Shown piece after piece: positions 46,658-54,960 of a stretch of DNA of 64,000 nt (position 1 is the first letter of the stretch; each line of letters opens with the position of its first letter). Source of the DNA: Verrucomicrobiota bacterium (GTDB lineage: Bacteria; Verrucomicrobiota; Verrucomicrobiia; JABWAM01); the NCBI GenBank assembly GCA_023269615.1, contig JAHFSY010000006.1, positions 11,033-75,032 of the forward strand, written 5' to 3'. The position numbers and the translations under genes were made by a program. A model generated the notes under the pieces. The model worked only from the letters and a program-made list of their open reading frames with translations, ran no database searches and was not told where the DNA came from.

Positions 46658-47710
46658 ATGACCCGTGAGCGAATCTTGAAACTGACATCGCTTTCATCCT
46701 GTGCTGGATGAGCTTCAAAACTCAGCCAAAAGGCTCTGGCGCAAGTTTTGCGCCAGCTACCCCGAACGCATGACCGGAACCTGCTGGTGGGCATCGCCAC
46801 CGGCGACGACGCCGGCGTGTATCGCATTGACCGTGACCGGGCGCTGGTCCAGACGGTGGATTTTTTCACGCCCATCGTGGACGACGCATTCTCCTATGGA
46901 CAGATCGCCGCGGCCAACGCCCTCTCGGATGTTTACGCCATGGGTGGCCGTCCGCTCACGGCCATGAATCTCATGGGCGTTCCAACCGACCGTGTTCCTC
47001 CGCGGATCATCAACCAGATTCTGCGCGGCGGCGCGGCCAAGCTCAAGGAGGCGCGCTGTGTCCTTGTCGGCGGCCACACCATCCGCAATCCGGAACCCAT
47101 CTATGGCCTTTCGGTCACCGGCATGGTCTCGCCACGCCGCATGCTGACGAATGCCGCCGCGCGCGCAGGCGACCTGCTGGTGCTCACCAAGCCGCTCGGA
47201 ACCGGGGTGGTCACGACGGGAATCAAACGGGGCATCACATCACGGCCTCTGAAACAAAAGGCCGTTGCCCTCATGTGCCATCTCAATCTGGTCGGGACGG
47301 AGGTTGCCGAGCAGGGGCTTGTCCGCGCGGCAAGCGATGTGACGGGTTTTGGACTGCTTGGCCAGCTTGGAACCATGTGCCGCGCAAGCGGTGTGGGCGC
47401 GGAAGTGTTTGCGGGTTGTGTGCCCGTGATCAGTGATGAAGTGCTTGCCCTCATCTCACGAGAATGCATTCCCGGCGGAACCCGCGACAATCTTGCGCAC
47501 GCCGGCAAATTCGTGAAATGGAACCAAGGCGACGTCCGCTTGAAAATCCTGCTTGCCGACGCTCAAACCAGCGGCGGCCTTCTCCTCTGTGTACCGCCGC
47601 GCCATCTGCCCGCCGTTTTAAAGGTCCTGAAGCGGCATCGTGCGCCATGCGCGGCTGTGATGGGTCGGATCGTGCGCTCGTCGAAACCGATCATTGGGAT
47701 CAGACCATGA
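46658..47710 (+). CDS. selD: selenide, water dikinase SelD, Sec-containing (in-frame TGA at 46709..46711)
   Basis: AGGAGG lies 8 nt before ATG 46658. Translation MTRERILKLTSLSSCAG-U-ASKLSQKAL; U18 aligns with catalytic Cys17 of E. coli SelD (GAGCGCK). Downstream GDDAGVYRI and DFFTPIVDD. The track only shows the part from 46748. Confidence 0.9.
46736..46756 (+). promoter_or_regulatory. SECIS-like hairpin of selD
   Basis: CTGGCGCAA-GTT-TTGCGCCAG, a perfect 9-bp stem, starts 25 nt after the TGA. Confidence 0.6.
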
Positions 47711-49062
47711 AGCCAGCATCCTTGCGCTCCATCCCGGCGGTCGAAAAAGTGCTCCAGGCCCTCGGCACCCACGACCTGTCGCGCCCGGTCGTCGTTGCGG
47801 TTGTCCGACGCGAATTGGCGGCGCTGCGATCATCAAGGAAAGTTCCTGGCCTGGACACCGTCCTCGCCCGCATCCGCCATTCGCTCGAATTCCTGCGTCG
47901 CGCCCGAATCCAGCCTGTTGTGAACGGCACGGGCATTCTCGTCCACACCAACCTGGGCCGTTCGCCGCTCGCGCCGGCGGCGGTCGAAACGCTCACCGCC
48001 ATTGGCTCCAGCTACAACAACGTTGAATACGACCTGTCGGACGGTGAACGCGGCAAGCGCGCTTCCTATCTCGAGCACAATCTCGCCATCCTTTGCAGGG
48101 CCGAGGCTGCCACCGTGGTGAACAACAACGCCGCCGCACTCGTGTTGATCCTGCGGCACCTTTGCGCCGCACCGAAGTGCGACGTGGTGATCTCCCGTGG
48201 CGAACTGGTTCAAATTGGAGGCGAATTTCGAATTCCTGACATTCTTGAGGCAAGCGGCGCGCGTTTGCGGGAGGTGGGCACGACCAACAAGACCTTGATT
48301 TGCGACTATGAAAAAGCCATCCGACGGGAGACCGCGCTGGTCCTGAAGGTCCACCGCAGCAATTTTTTCATGGAAGGTTTTGTCGAGTCACCACCCACGG
48401 AACAAATCGCGGCGCTGGCGCGCAGAAAACGTGTTCCCCTGGTCGAGGATCTTGGCAGCGGGGCGGTGACGGAAACAGAAAAACTGGCTGGACTCGAACA
48501 TGAGCCGACTCCCGCCGAGGTATTGCGGCACGGGGCGGACCTGGTCTGTTTCAGCGGCGACAAACTCCTGGGCGGGCCGCAAGCGGGCATCATTGCCGGA
48601 AATGCGCGACGGGTCGCCGCTCTGAAGCGTGAGCCATTCTTTCGAGCGTTGCGCTGTGACAAGCTGATCCTCTCAGCCCTGCAAACGACCGTGGATCTCC
48701 ACCTCAAGGGTGACTCGCTGGACATCCCGGTGCTGTCCATGTCTGGCATTTCAATGGATGAACTGCGCACCCGCGCGGAACACATCGTGATTGCGCTTGC
48801 GGGTCTTCCCTTGAAGGCCGGCATCGGCGCTGGCCGGGCGCAAATGGGAGGTGGCACGCTCCCGCGGTCGGTGATCCCATCCGTCACCGTCGATCTCACC
48901 CCGGAAAAAGTCGCTCTCCCGGAATTCGCAAAACGCCTGCGTGAAAGCGTTCCGCCCGTCATCGGTTATATTTCGGGCGGACGTTTCAAACTCGACCTGC
49001 GCACGATTTTCCCACGACAGGACCAGGACCTCGTTCGCGCGATTCGACTGCTGAGCTTGTAG
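47707..49062 (+). CDS. selA: L-seryl-tRNA(Sec) selenium transferase
   Basis: ATGA overlap with selD. FSGDKLLGGPQAGIIAG contains the PLP-binding Lys motif. N-terminal MKPASLRSIPAVEKVL is typical. Confidence 0.9.
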   Translation: MKPASLRSIPAVEKVLQALGTHDLSRPVVVAVVRRELAALRSSRKVPGLDTVLARIRHSLEFLRRARIQPVVNGTGILVHTNLGRSPLAPAAVETLTAIGSSYNNVEYDLSDGERGKRASYLEHNLAILCRAEAATVVNNNAAALVLILRHLCAAPKCDVVISRGELVQIGGEFRIPDILEASGARLREVGTTNKTLICDYEKAIRRETALVLKVHRSNFFMEGFVESPPTEQIAALARRKRVPLVEDLGSGAVTETEKLAGLEHEPTPAEVLRHGADLVCFSGDKLLGGPQAGIIAGNARRVAALKREPFFRALRCDKLILSALQTTVDLHLKGDSLDIPVLSMSGISMDELRTRAEHIVIALAGLPLKAGIGAGRAQMGGGTLPRSVIPSVTVDLTPEKVALPEFAKRLRESVPPVIGYISGGRFKLDLRTIFPRQDQDLVRAIRLLSL

Positions 49063-49150
49063 GGGCAAGCGGCATGCCTGCTGTTCCGCTGTAGCCGGGG
49101 TCGTTGACCTCGTGGGGAGTCGCATCTCCGAGTTATCGGCGATCCACGAA

Positions 49151-49174
49151 CTTTTATCGCATATGCGCGAAAAG
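49151..49174. repeat. degenerate copy of the CGACCTTTT..GCATATGC..AAAAGGTCG palindrome (family copy 2)
   Basis: cttttatcgcatatgcgcgaaaag, preceded by atcggcgat as in copy 1. Confidence 0.6.
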
Positions 49175-49222
49175 CTGGTCGGGGCGGCTGCTGGCGCCCT
49201 TGGCATGAACCACCGGAGCCCA

Positions 49223-49256
49223 ACGACCTTTTTGCTCATATGCGCAAAAAGGTCGT
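49223..49256. repeat. 34-nt palindrome ACGACCTTTTTGCTCAT|ATGCGCAAAAAGGTCGT (family copy 3)
   Basis: 17-nt arms with one mismatch. Confidence 0.8.
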
Positions 49257-49482
49257 CGAACCATCGTGGCGAAGGATGATGCCGTGGCGCCAACGACAAC
49301 TCGGAGATGCGCGCCAGTGGGAGGGAGCAGGGCTTCATGCTGGCCCCGGTGCCCCTGCAATTCCAAGAAGTTCCACGGAAGATCGTGTGCGTTACTTTTC
49401 CATCTCACACCCAGAACGAAGGGTGGGTGGAATTGACGCTGTGTTGTGAATGCGGTAGGCTGTTGGGCAAGGAGACAATCCC

Positions 49483-49719
49483 ATGAGCTTGGAAATCACC
49501 ATCGAATATTGCAGCTCTTGAAGCTACGAACCGAAAGCCGTCGGTCTGGCGGAAAAACTTCTGGCGCTCAAGAGGCAGATCGGCTCCGTCAAGTTGATCC
49601 CTTCGGGCGGCGGCGTCTTTGAAATCTGCGTCAATGGAAAAAAGATTTATTCCAAAAAGGAAGCAGGACGGTTTCCCGATTTCGACGCCATTGTCAAAGA
49701 GATCAAGGCCCAGTTGTGA
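49483..49719 (+). CDS. SelW/Rdx-family selenoprotein (in-frame TGA at 49519..49521)
   Basis: Absent from the track. AAGGAGA lies 7 nt before the ATG. Translation MSLEITIEYCSS-U-SYEPKAVGLAEKLLALKRQIGSVKLIPSGGGVFEICVNGKKIYSKKEAGRFPDFDAIVKEIKAQL. CxxU motif plus the GGxFE...GRFP pattern of Rdx proteins. Confidence 0.8.
49538..49552 (+). promoter_or_regulatory. SECIS-like hairpin of the SelW-like gene
   Basis: CCGTC-GGTCT-GGCGG (5 bp including one G-U, GGUCU loop) starts 16 nt after the TGA. Weaker than the others. Confidence 0.4.
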
Positions 49720-49845
49720 CTTTGCCGTTCGGACGGGAGCGCGGGCGTCCCGCCCGCGTTTCAAAACCGATGGCGGGCAGGATGCCCGCCCTCCCGTCCA
49801 CGATGATTGCTTTGGCCCCTTCCTGATCGGTGTCGTTCAAGCTTT

Positions 49846-51876
49846 ATGACCGCCCGCCATTTCATCCTGGCCACTGCAGGCCACGTGGATCACGGCAAGA
49901 GCGCCCTGGTGAAAGCCCTGACCGGCACCGATCCCGATCGGTTGCCCGAGGAGAAGGCGCGGGGCATCACCATTGACCTCGGTTTTGCACATCTGGAATT
50001 GCAAGCGGCAGCGATGAGCAATCAGCGATCAGCAGTCAGCCATCAGCCATCAGCCGACGGTCCACATCCTTCATCCTTCATCCCTCATCCCTCATTCCTC
50101 TCTCTGGGCATCGTGGATGTTCCCGGGCACGAGGATTTTGTCAAAAACATGGTGGCCGGTGTCGGCTCAATCGATCTCGCGTTGCTGGTGGTGGCGGCGG
50201 ATGACGGCTGGATGCCTCAAACCGAGGAACACCTGCAAATTCTCATTCATCTGGGTGTCACGCGAGCCGTGGTCGCGCTCACCAAGATGGACCTGGCGCA
50301 AGGCGACGAAGCGCCGATCGTCGATGCCATCCGCGAAAAATTACGCGGCACGACCATTGCCGATGCCCCGATCATCGGAACCTCCGTGCTCAACGGTCGC
50401 GGCCTTGACGAGCTGAAAGCAGCGCTGGCCCGCGTGCTGGAAGGCGCTCCGTCTCAACCCGACATCGGCAAGCCGCGCCTGCCCGTGGATCGTGTGTTCA
50501 CCTTGCGCGGGGTTGGCACCGTGGTCACCGGCACGCTCACGGGCGGGATCCTCCGTCGTGGCCAGGCGGTGGTGGTCCAGCCTTCCGGCAAAACGGCCCA
50601 CGTCCGCGGCATCCAGAGCCACAACCGTGACGTCGAGTTCATTGGCCCAGGCACGCGCACCGCGTTGAGTCTCCCGGATCTTGCCGTTTCCGTGAAGGGT
50701 CATTCCGCGGTTGGCGACGAAGGTATCCACCGGGGCGATGTCATCACAGGGGCCGATTTCGGTGGGCCAAACACCACGCTGGGAGTGCTTCTGAAAACAT
50801 CGCCCCGTCCGCTGGAGGGCAGGGCGGGGGCGGCGCGCCCGCTCAAGGATGGAACGCTTGTTCACATCCATCATGGAAGCGGCCGTGTTTCGGCGCGCAT
50901 TCATCTGCTGGGCCAAAAGGAGCTAAACGCCGGTCAAGACAGTGTCGCCTTGCTGCATCTCGACACACCCATCTTCGCTTTCGCGGGCGACCGGTTCATC
51001 GTGCGCGACTGGCCGGAGCAACGCACGCTGGCCGGAGGCGTGGTGCTTGACCCCGATGCGGATCAAAAGCATGTCCGTGGCGAAATGCTCCACAAATTTC
51101 TGAAACGGAGGGCGGAAACGCCGGACCAGGCATCTGCTTTTATCATCTCCCAACTCGCGCGTGATGGCACGCTCCAGCGGTCCGCCCTGCTCGTCAAGTC
51201 GAGGTTCAGCGCCGTGGAAATTTCCGATGTCCTCGCGCAACTGTCGAAGGAAGGCAAGGCTGTCTGCTTCGGCGCATGGGCAGCGGATGCCTCATGGTGG
51301 CAAAAGCAACGGCGGATTGCGGTTGAGGCGATCGAAGAAGAGCACCGCGTTCATCCGGAGCGGACGGGATTGTCCCTGAACGCGCTGCGGCAGAAACTGG
51401 GGAGCGACGCTCATTCGACGGATGTGTTTGACGCGATGGTTGACGATCTTTGCAACAAAGACTTCATCCGCGTTGGCGCGGCGATCCGTCGGGTGACTCA
51501 TCGGCCCGCACTCCCGCCGCACCTTCAGGCGGCAGGAGCCAGGGTGCGCTCGGCTCTGGCGGCAAAACCATTTGACCCGCCTTCACGGAAGGAACTGGCA
51601 CCAGACGCCGTCACGCAGCAGGCGCTGCGGTTCCTGCTCGATACCGGTGAAGCAGCCGAGATCGGCGGTGAAGCTGTCCTGCTGGCGGAAAATTTTGCCC
51701 GTGCGACGGCCATCATCAAAAAATTCCTCGTGGATCATCGGGCGGCGACCGTCAGCGAGCTGCGACAGGCGGTTGGAACCAGCCGCAGAATTCTTGTGCC
51801 GTTGCTTGAGCGTCTCGACCGTGAAGGCGTCACGCTGCGCCAGGGCGACCGGCGCGTGCTGCGGCCGGGCCGGTGA
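49846..51876 (+). CDS. selB: selenocysteine-specific elongation factor SelB
   Basis: [19 protein letters not shown] (G1), DVPGHEDF (G3), LTKMD (G4), and C-terminal winged-helix [37 protein letters not shown]. Carries an insertion of about 30 aa encoded by heptamer repeats. Confidence 0.9.
   Translation: MTARHFILATAGHVDHGKSALVKALTGTDPDRLPEEKARGITIDLGFAHLELQAAAMSNQRSAVSHQPSADGPHPSSFIPHPSFLSLGIVDVPGHEDFVKNMVAGVGSIDLALLVVAADDGWMPQTEEHLQILIHLGVTRAVVALTKMDLAQGDEAPIVDAIREKLRGTTIADAPIIGTSVLNGRGLDELKAALARVLEGAPSQPDIGKPRLPVDRVFTLRGVGTVVTGTLTGGILRRGQAVVVQPSGKTAHVRGIQSHNRDVEFIGPGTRTALSLPDLAVSVKGHSAVGDEGIHRGDVITGADFGGPNTTLGVLLKTSPRPLEGRAGAARPLKDGTLVHIHHGSGRVSARIHLLGQKELNAGQDSVALLHLDTPIFAFAGDRFIVRDWPEQRTLAGGVVLDPDADQKHVRGEMLHKFLKRRAETPDQASAFIISQLARDGTLQRSALLVKSRFSAVEISDVLAQLSKEGKAVCFGAWAADASWWQKQRRIAVEAIEEEHRVHPERTGLSLNALRQKLGSDAHSTDVFDAMVDDLCNKDFIRVGAAIRRVTHRPALPPHLQAAGARVRSALAAKPFDPPSRKELAPDAVTQQALRFLLDTGEAAEIGGEAVLLAENFARATAIIKKFLVDHRAATVSELRQAVGTSRRILVPLLERLDREGVTLRQGDRRVLRPGR
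50017..50100. repeat. two tandem heptamer blocks inside selB (ATCAGCN units at 50017..50055; CATCCTT/CATCCCT units at 50064..50100)
   Basis: gagcaatcagcgatcagcagtcagccatcagccatcagcc ... acatccttcatccttcatccctcatccctcattcctc encodes [28 protein letters not shown]. Confidence 0.85.
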
Positions 51877-51896
51877 GCTTCTTGTTAAAAAAACGA

Positions 51897-52035
51897 AGGG
51901 ACACGCTCTCGCCTCGCCGAAGCCTATCCGACTACGCCAAAGCGCTTCGTCGCGACGGCGAGCGGCGTAGCGCGGGCCGTCGTGTCCACCCACGTCACGA
52001 ATGGATCACAAATGGACACGACGGAGCGTGTCCCT
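51897..52035. repeat. nested inverted repeats downstream of selB
   Basis: Outer pair AGGGACACGCTC (51897..51908) / GAGCGTGTCCCT (52024..52035). Inner pair CCGTCGTGTCC (51977..51987) / GGACACGACGG (52014..52024). Confidence 0.65.
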
Positions 52036-52068
52036 CCGTTGCCCTGAGAGAACGATGAAGCAAAGAAT

Positions 52069-53292
52069 TTGGCTTTTGTTCCTCCACGCTTGTGCTATGG
52101 AAGGATCGTGAAACATGGACGATACGCCGTGTGGGTGACGGGGTCCTTTCTCCTTCTGGCCTTCGTGTTTCCACGACATGTCGTGGCAGGTCCTGCCGAG
52201 GAGTATCAGAGCTTGGTGAAGGAATACGATGCCGCCATGCAGGAGTTTTACAAGGTTTATGGCGAGGCCAAGACAGAAGAAGCAAAAGCGAAGGCATATG
52301 AAAAGTGTCCACGGAACGAGAGCTATACCGGTCGTTTTCTTGCGCTGGCCGAAAAACATCCCAAGGAGCCGCTGGCCCTCGACGCGCTCCAATGGGTCAT
52401 CCTTCACACGCAGCATGGCCCAGAGTTCGAGAAGGCGTTAAAAATCATTGCCGACGTCCACATCCAAAATGAAAAAATCGGGCCGATCTGCGAACTGTTG
52501 ACGAATCTCCCGATTCCCATGAGCGAACAACTGCTCCGCGGAATTTTGGAGAAGAACACTTACCACGAAGCCAAAGGCTATGCGGCCTTGAGCCTGGGCC
52601 AATTTCTCAAAAATGAATCCGCCGTGGCTCATTACTTGAAGGAATTGAATCCTGCCTCCCTGGCTGGCCATGAGCGGTATTATGGGAAGGATGGCGTGGA
52701 AAAGATGCTGCACAGCGATCCAAAAAAACTAACCGAGGAAGCCGAGAAATCTTTTGAGCAGGTGATCGAAAAATACGGCGACATCAAGTTCGGTGAACGC
52801 ACTCTTGCTGATTTTGCCAAAGCGGAATTGTTTGAAATCCGCAACCTGACGATTGGCAAGGTGGCGCCGGAAATCGAAGGGGTGGATGTTGATGGCAAGG
52901 CTTTCAAGCTGAGCGACTACCGAGGGAAGGTTGTGGTGCTCGATTTCTGGGGGGATTGGTGAGGCCCCTGCCGGGGCATGTACCCACACGAGCGGTCGCT
53001 CGTGGCACGACTGAAGGACAAACCCTTCGTGATCCTTGGGATCAATAGCGATCCGAAGGAGAATCTCAAGAAGGCGATCGAGCGGGAAAAAATGACCTGG
53101 CGCTCATGGTGGGATGGAGGCAATCCGAACGGTCCGATTGCAAGCAAATGGAACGTCAGTGGCTGGCCGACGGTTTATGTCCTCGATCACAAGGGAGTCA
53201 TCCGCTACAAGGAGGCCGAGCTTGATGAAGCCGTGGACACGCTCCTCAAGGAGCTTGATCAGGAAGCCAAGGTGGACCAAGGGAAGAAATGA
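52069..53292 (+). CDS. exported TlpA/thioredoxin-fold selenoprotein (in-frame TGA at 52960..52962; W-U-G-P-C)
   Basis: Track ORFs 52069..52962 and 52978..53292 share one frame. The junction reads VVVLDFWGDW-U-GPCRGMYPHERSLVARLKDKPFVILGINSD, the TlpA/ResA motif FWAxWCxPC with Sec in place of the first Cys. Signal/anchor segment and a helical N-domain of about 250 aa. Start is TTG 52069 or GTG 52108. Confidence 0.8.
52987..53004 (+). promoter_or_regulatory. SECIS-like hairpin of the TlpA-like gene
   Basis: CACGAGC-GGTC-GCTCGTG, a perfect 7-bp stem with a GGUC loop, starts 25 nt after the TGA. Confidence 0.6.
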
Positions 53293-53300
53293 ATTCTCTT

Positions 53301-54290
53301 TCAGGGAGAAGGTGTTGATCCTTGGGCGACGTTTGCGGCCTTGCGAAGATAGAGCCAGACCCAGCCGTGATATTCCGTGTTTGCACCGGATGAACTGGCA
53401 AAATCGCCGACGAGGAGATCCATGCGACCGTCGCCATTCCAATCGGTCACGCAGATTTTTGCGCGGATGCTCCCTTCGGGAAGTTTTAGAAGAATCACCG
53501 GGGCATCCAGCTTGGGTGCCCCCTTCTCGCCGATGTTGCGAAACCACGACACGCTTCCATCTCCCGCTCCGACAAGAAGGTCTGGTTTCCCGTCTCCGTC
53601 CCAGTCCGTCACACAGGGGCCCGCATCGCCGGAAACCATGAGTTTTCCACTCGGCAGCAGGGGCTGGGCCTGGCCAAAGGCGGGTTTTTCGCGGGTTCCT
53701 TCGTTCGGAATCAAAAACACCTTTCCCTGGATGTTGCCAACCAGAAGATCAAGATCGCCGTCGCCATCCCAATCCACGGAAAAAGGCACGGCAGCCGTCT
53801 GCTTGATCGGACTGCCCTTGGAATCCTTCAAGATTTCGCCCGCGGCGAATTGCCCGTCTGCTTGTTGGCGGAAAAGGTACAGCTCGCCTGGCGAATAGGA
53901 ACCCGTCAAGACATCAGGCTTCCCGTCGTTATCGAAGTCCACAAACTGTGGACTGAAGCCGACGCATCACCCAGTTGGAACTTTGGCGTCCGCGCCCCCG
54001 GCCTTGAGGTAGCTGAAGCTGCCAAAGGAAGGTTTCTCATTGGTGCCTTCGTTCCGGTAGATGCGCAGCCTGCCGCGAAATTCACCCGCGAGCAGGTCGA
54101 ATTTTCCGTCTCCATCAAAATCGGCAACAAAAGGCGCTGCGTGCCCGATCTCGCTGCCGAGATCGATCGGCTTTCCACCCGCCTCGATTTTCACCGGAGC
54201 GGAAAACTCATCGCCAGCTCCCGCAAAGAGCATGCCGGCCGTGAAGGCCAGGCCGAAGGTGCTCAAGAATTGTTTGCTTCCCGGTTTCAT
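53301..54290 (-). CDS. exported FG-GAP/VCBS-repeat protein with in-frame TGA (53967..53969): candidate selenoprotein
   Basis: Track ORFs 53967..54425(-) and 53301..53942(-) are one frame. Read-through gives ...GADAKVPTG-U-CVGFSPQFVDFDNDGKPDVL..., inside one of five D[FW]D(G/N)DG repeat units. Signal peptide MKPGSKQFLSTFGLAFTAGMLFAGA from ATG 54290. Confidence 0.6.
53937..53953 (-). promoter_or_regulatory. SECIS-like hairpin of the FG-GAP gene
   Basis: On the minus strand, GUCCACA-GUU-UGUGGAC is a perfect 7-bp stem starting 14 nt after the TGA. The GUU triloop closed by A-U matches the selD hairpin. Confidence 0.5.
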
Positions 54291-54460
54291 GAATGCCGCT
54301 CTCGGTTCAGTGACGGGTAAACACTCGCAGAAGACCCTCGATTTGTCAACCTGACGGCTGGAATAAACTGTTACGCTCTGCGTATATGTTTGACTTTGAA
54401 CTTTCACCATTATAACGATTCTCAATCAGGTTCGTCAGATAATTCATTTCCACTCAGACC

Positions 54461-54916
54461 ATGGACCTCCTCAAAATAAGAATGTTTCTGGCATTGGTCA
54501 TCTGGTGTGGCGTGGTAGGGATGCCGGCCAGCCTTCGTGGAAGGTGAGGACCGTCTACGGGGAGCGGGTCCCGCTCTCAACCAGCAAAGAGTCCTTCCAC
54601 AGCGGGCAGTCTTTCCGCCAAATTTGCCGCGGCCAAACAGCGCGATTTCCAGGAGAAGGCTGAGCAAGAATCGCGCGCTGCGAAACAAAACACCGATGCG
54701 AATCCAAACGCGGCCGCCGGAGAACAGGCCGCCCACCCGAATCGAGCGACGATTGTGAAAGCCTGCAACCTTGCGATGGAACACGGAAGCGTCGGGGTCA
54801 ACGTTGGAATCACTGTGAAAGTCCTTGAGGTCGTTGGCGATCAGGTTTTGGTTCAAGTAGAATCATTCAAAGGGAAAATTCCCATTTCCTGCACCGACTT
54901 GAAAAAGCAGGGTTAA
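54461..54916 (+). CDS. small secreted protein with in-frame TGA (54545..54547): candidate selenoprotein or pseudogene
   Basis: Not in the track. Translation MDLLKIRMFLALVIWCGVVGMPASLRGR-U-GPSTGSGSRSQPAKSPSTAGSLSAKFAAAKQRDFQEKAEQESRAAKQNTDANPNAAAGEQAAHPNRATIVKACNLAMEHGSVGVNVGITVKVLEVVGDQVLVQVESFKGKIPISCTDLKKQG. Signal peptide and mature part are in frame. Composition is more protein-like than the antisense track ORF 54422..54856. No clear SD. Confidence 0.35.
54562..54576 (+). promoter_or_regulatory. SECIS-like hairpin after the 54545 TGA
   Basis: GAGCGG-GTC-CCGCTC, a perfect 6-bp stem, starts 15 nt after the TGA. Confidence 0.35.
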
Positions 54917-54960
54917 AATTCCGTCCTGGGAGTGGTCGCCGTTGCCCGGAATCGCGACGG

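Noticed and set aside
49063-49482. Possible hidden gene in the 420-bp selA to selW-like spacer (track ORF 49240..49449)
   Set aside because: The translation is not protein-like, and the region is explained by palindromes and long-range inverted repeats.
50017-50100. Intein or intron explanation for the selB insertion
   Set aside because: It is only about 90 nt, has no intein blocks or group I/II intron features, and consists of simple tandem heptamers that stay in frame.
52978-53292. Stand-alone 104-aa ORF (the thioredoxin-fold C-terminal half)
   Set aside because: It is in frame with 52069..52962 across a single TGA. Alone it would lack the active-site motif and the first beta-alpha unit of the fold. 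It is merged into one Sec-containing CDS.
46709-54547. Global reassignment of UGA (to Trp or Gly) as an explanation for the in-frame TGAs
   Set aside because: Many well-supported genes in the window terminate with TGA (for example selD, selA overlap sites, BatA and aguB-region genes). A dedicated tRNA-Sec with selA/selB is present.
54422-54856. 144-aa minus-strand track ORF between the FG-GAP and transglutaminase-like genes
   Set aside because: It is Arg-rich with low-complexity composition (GRGKFGGKTARCGRTLCWLRAGPAPRRRSSPS), typical of antisense frames in GC-rich DNA. Its 3' end runs into the AT-rich promoter-like region. The plus strand carries a more protein-like frame (54461..54916).
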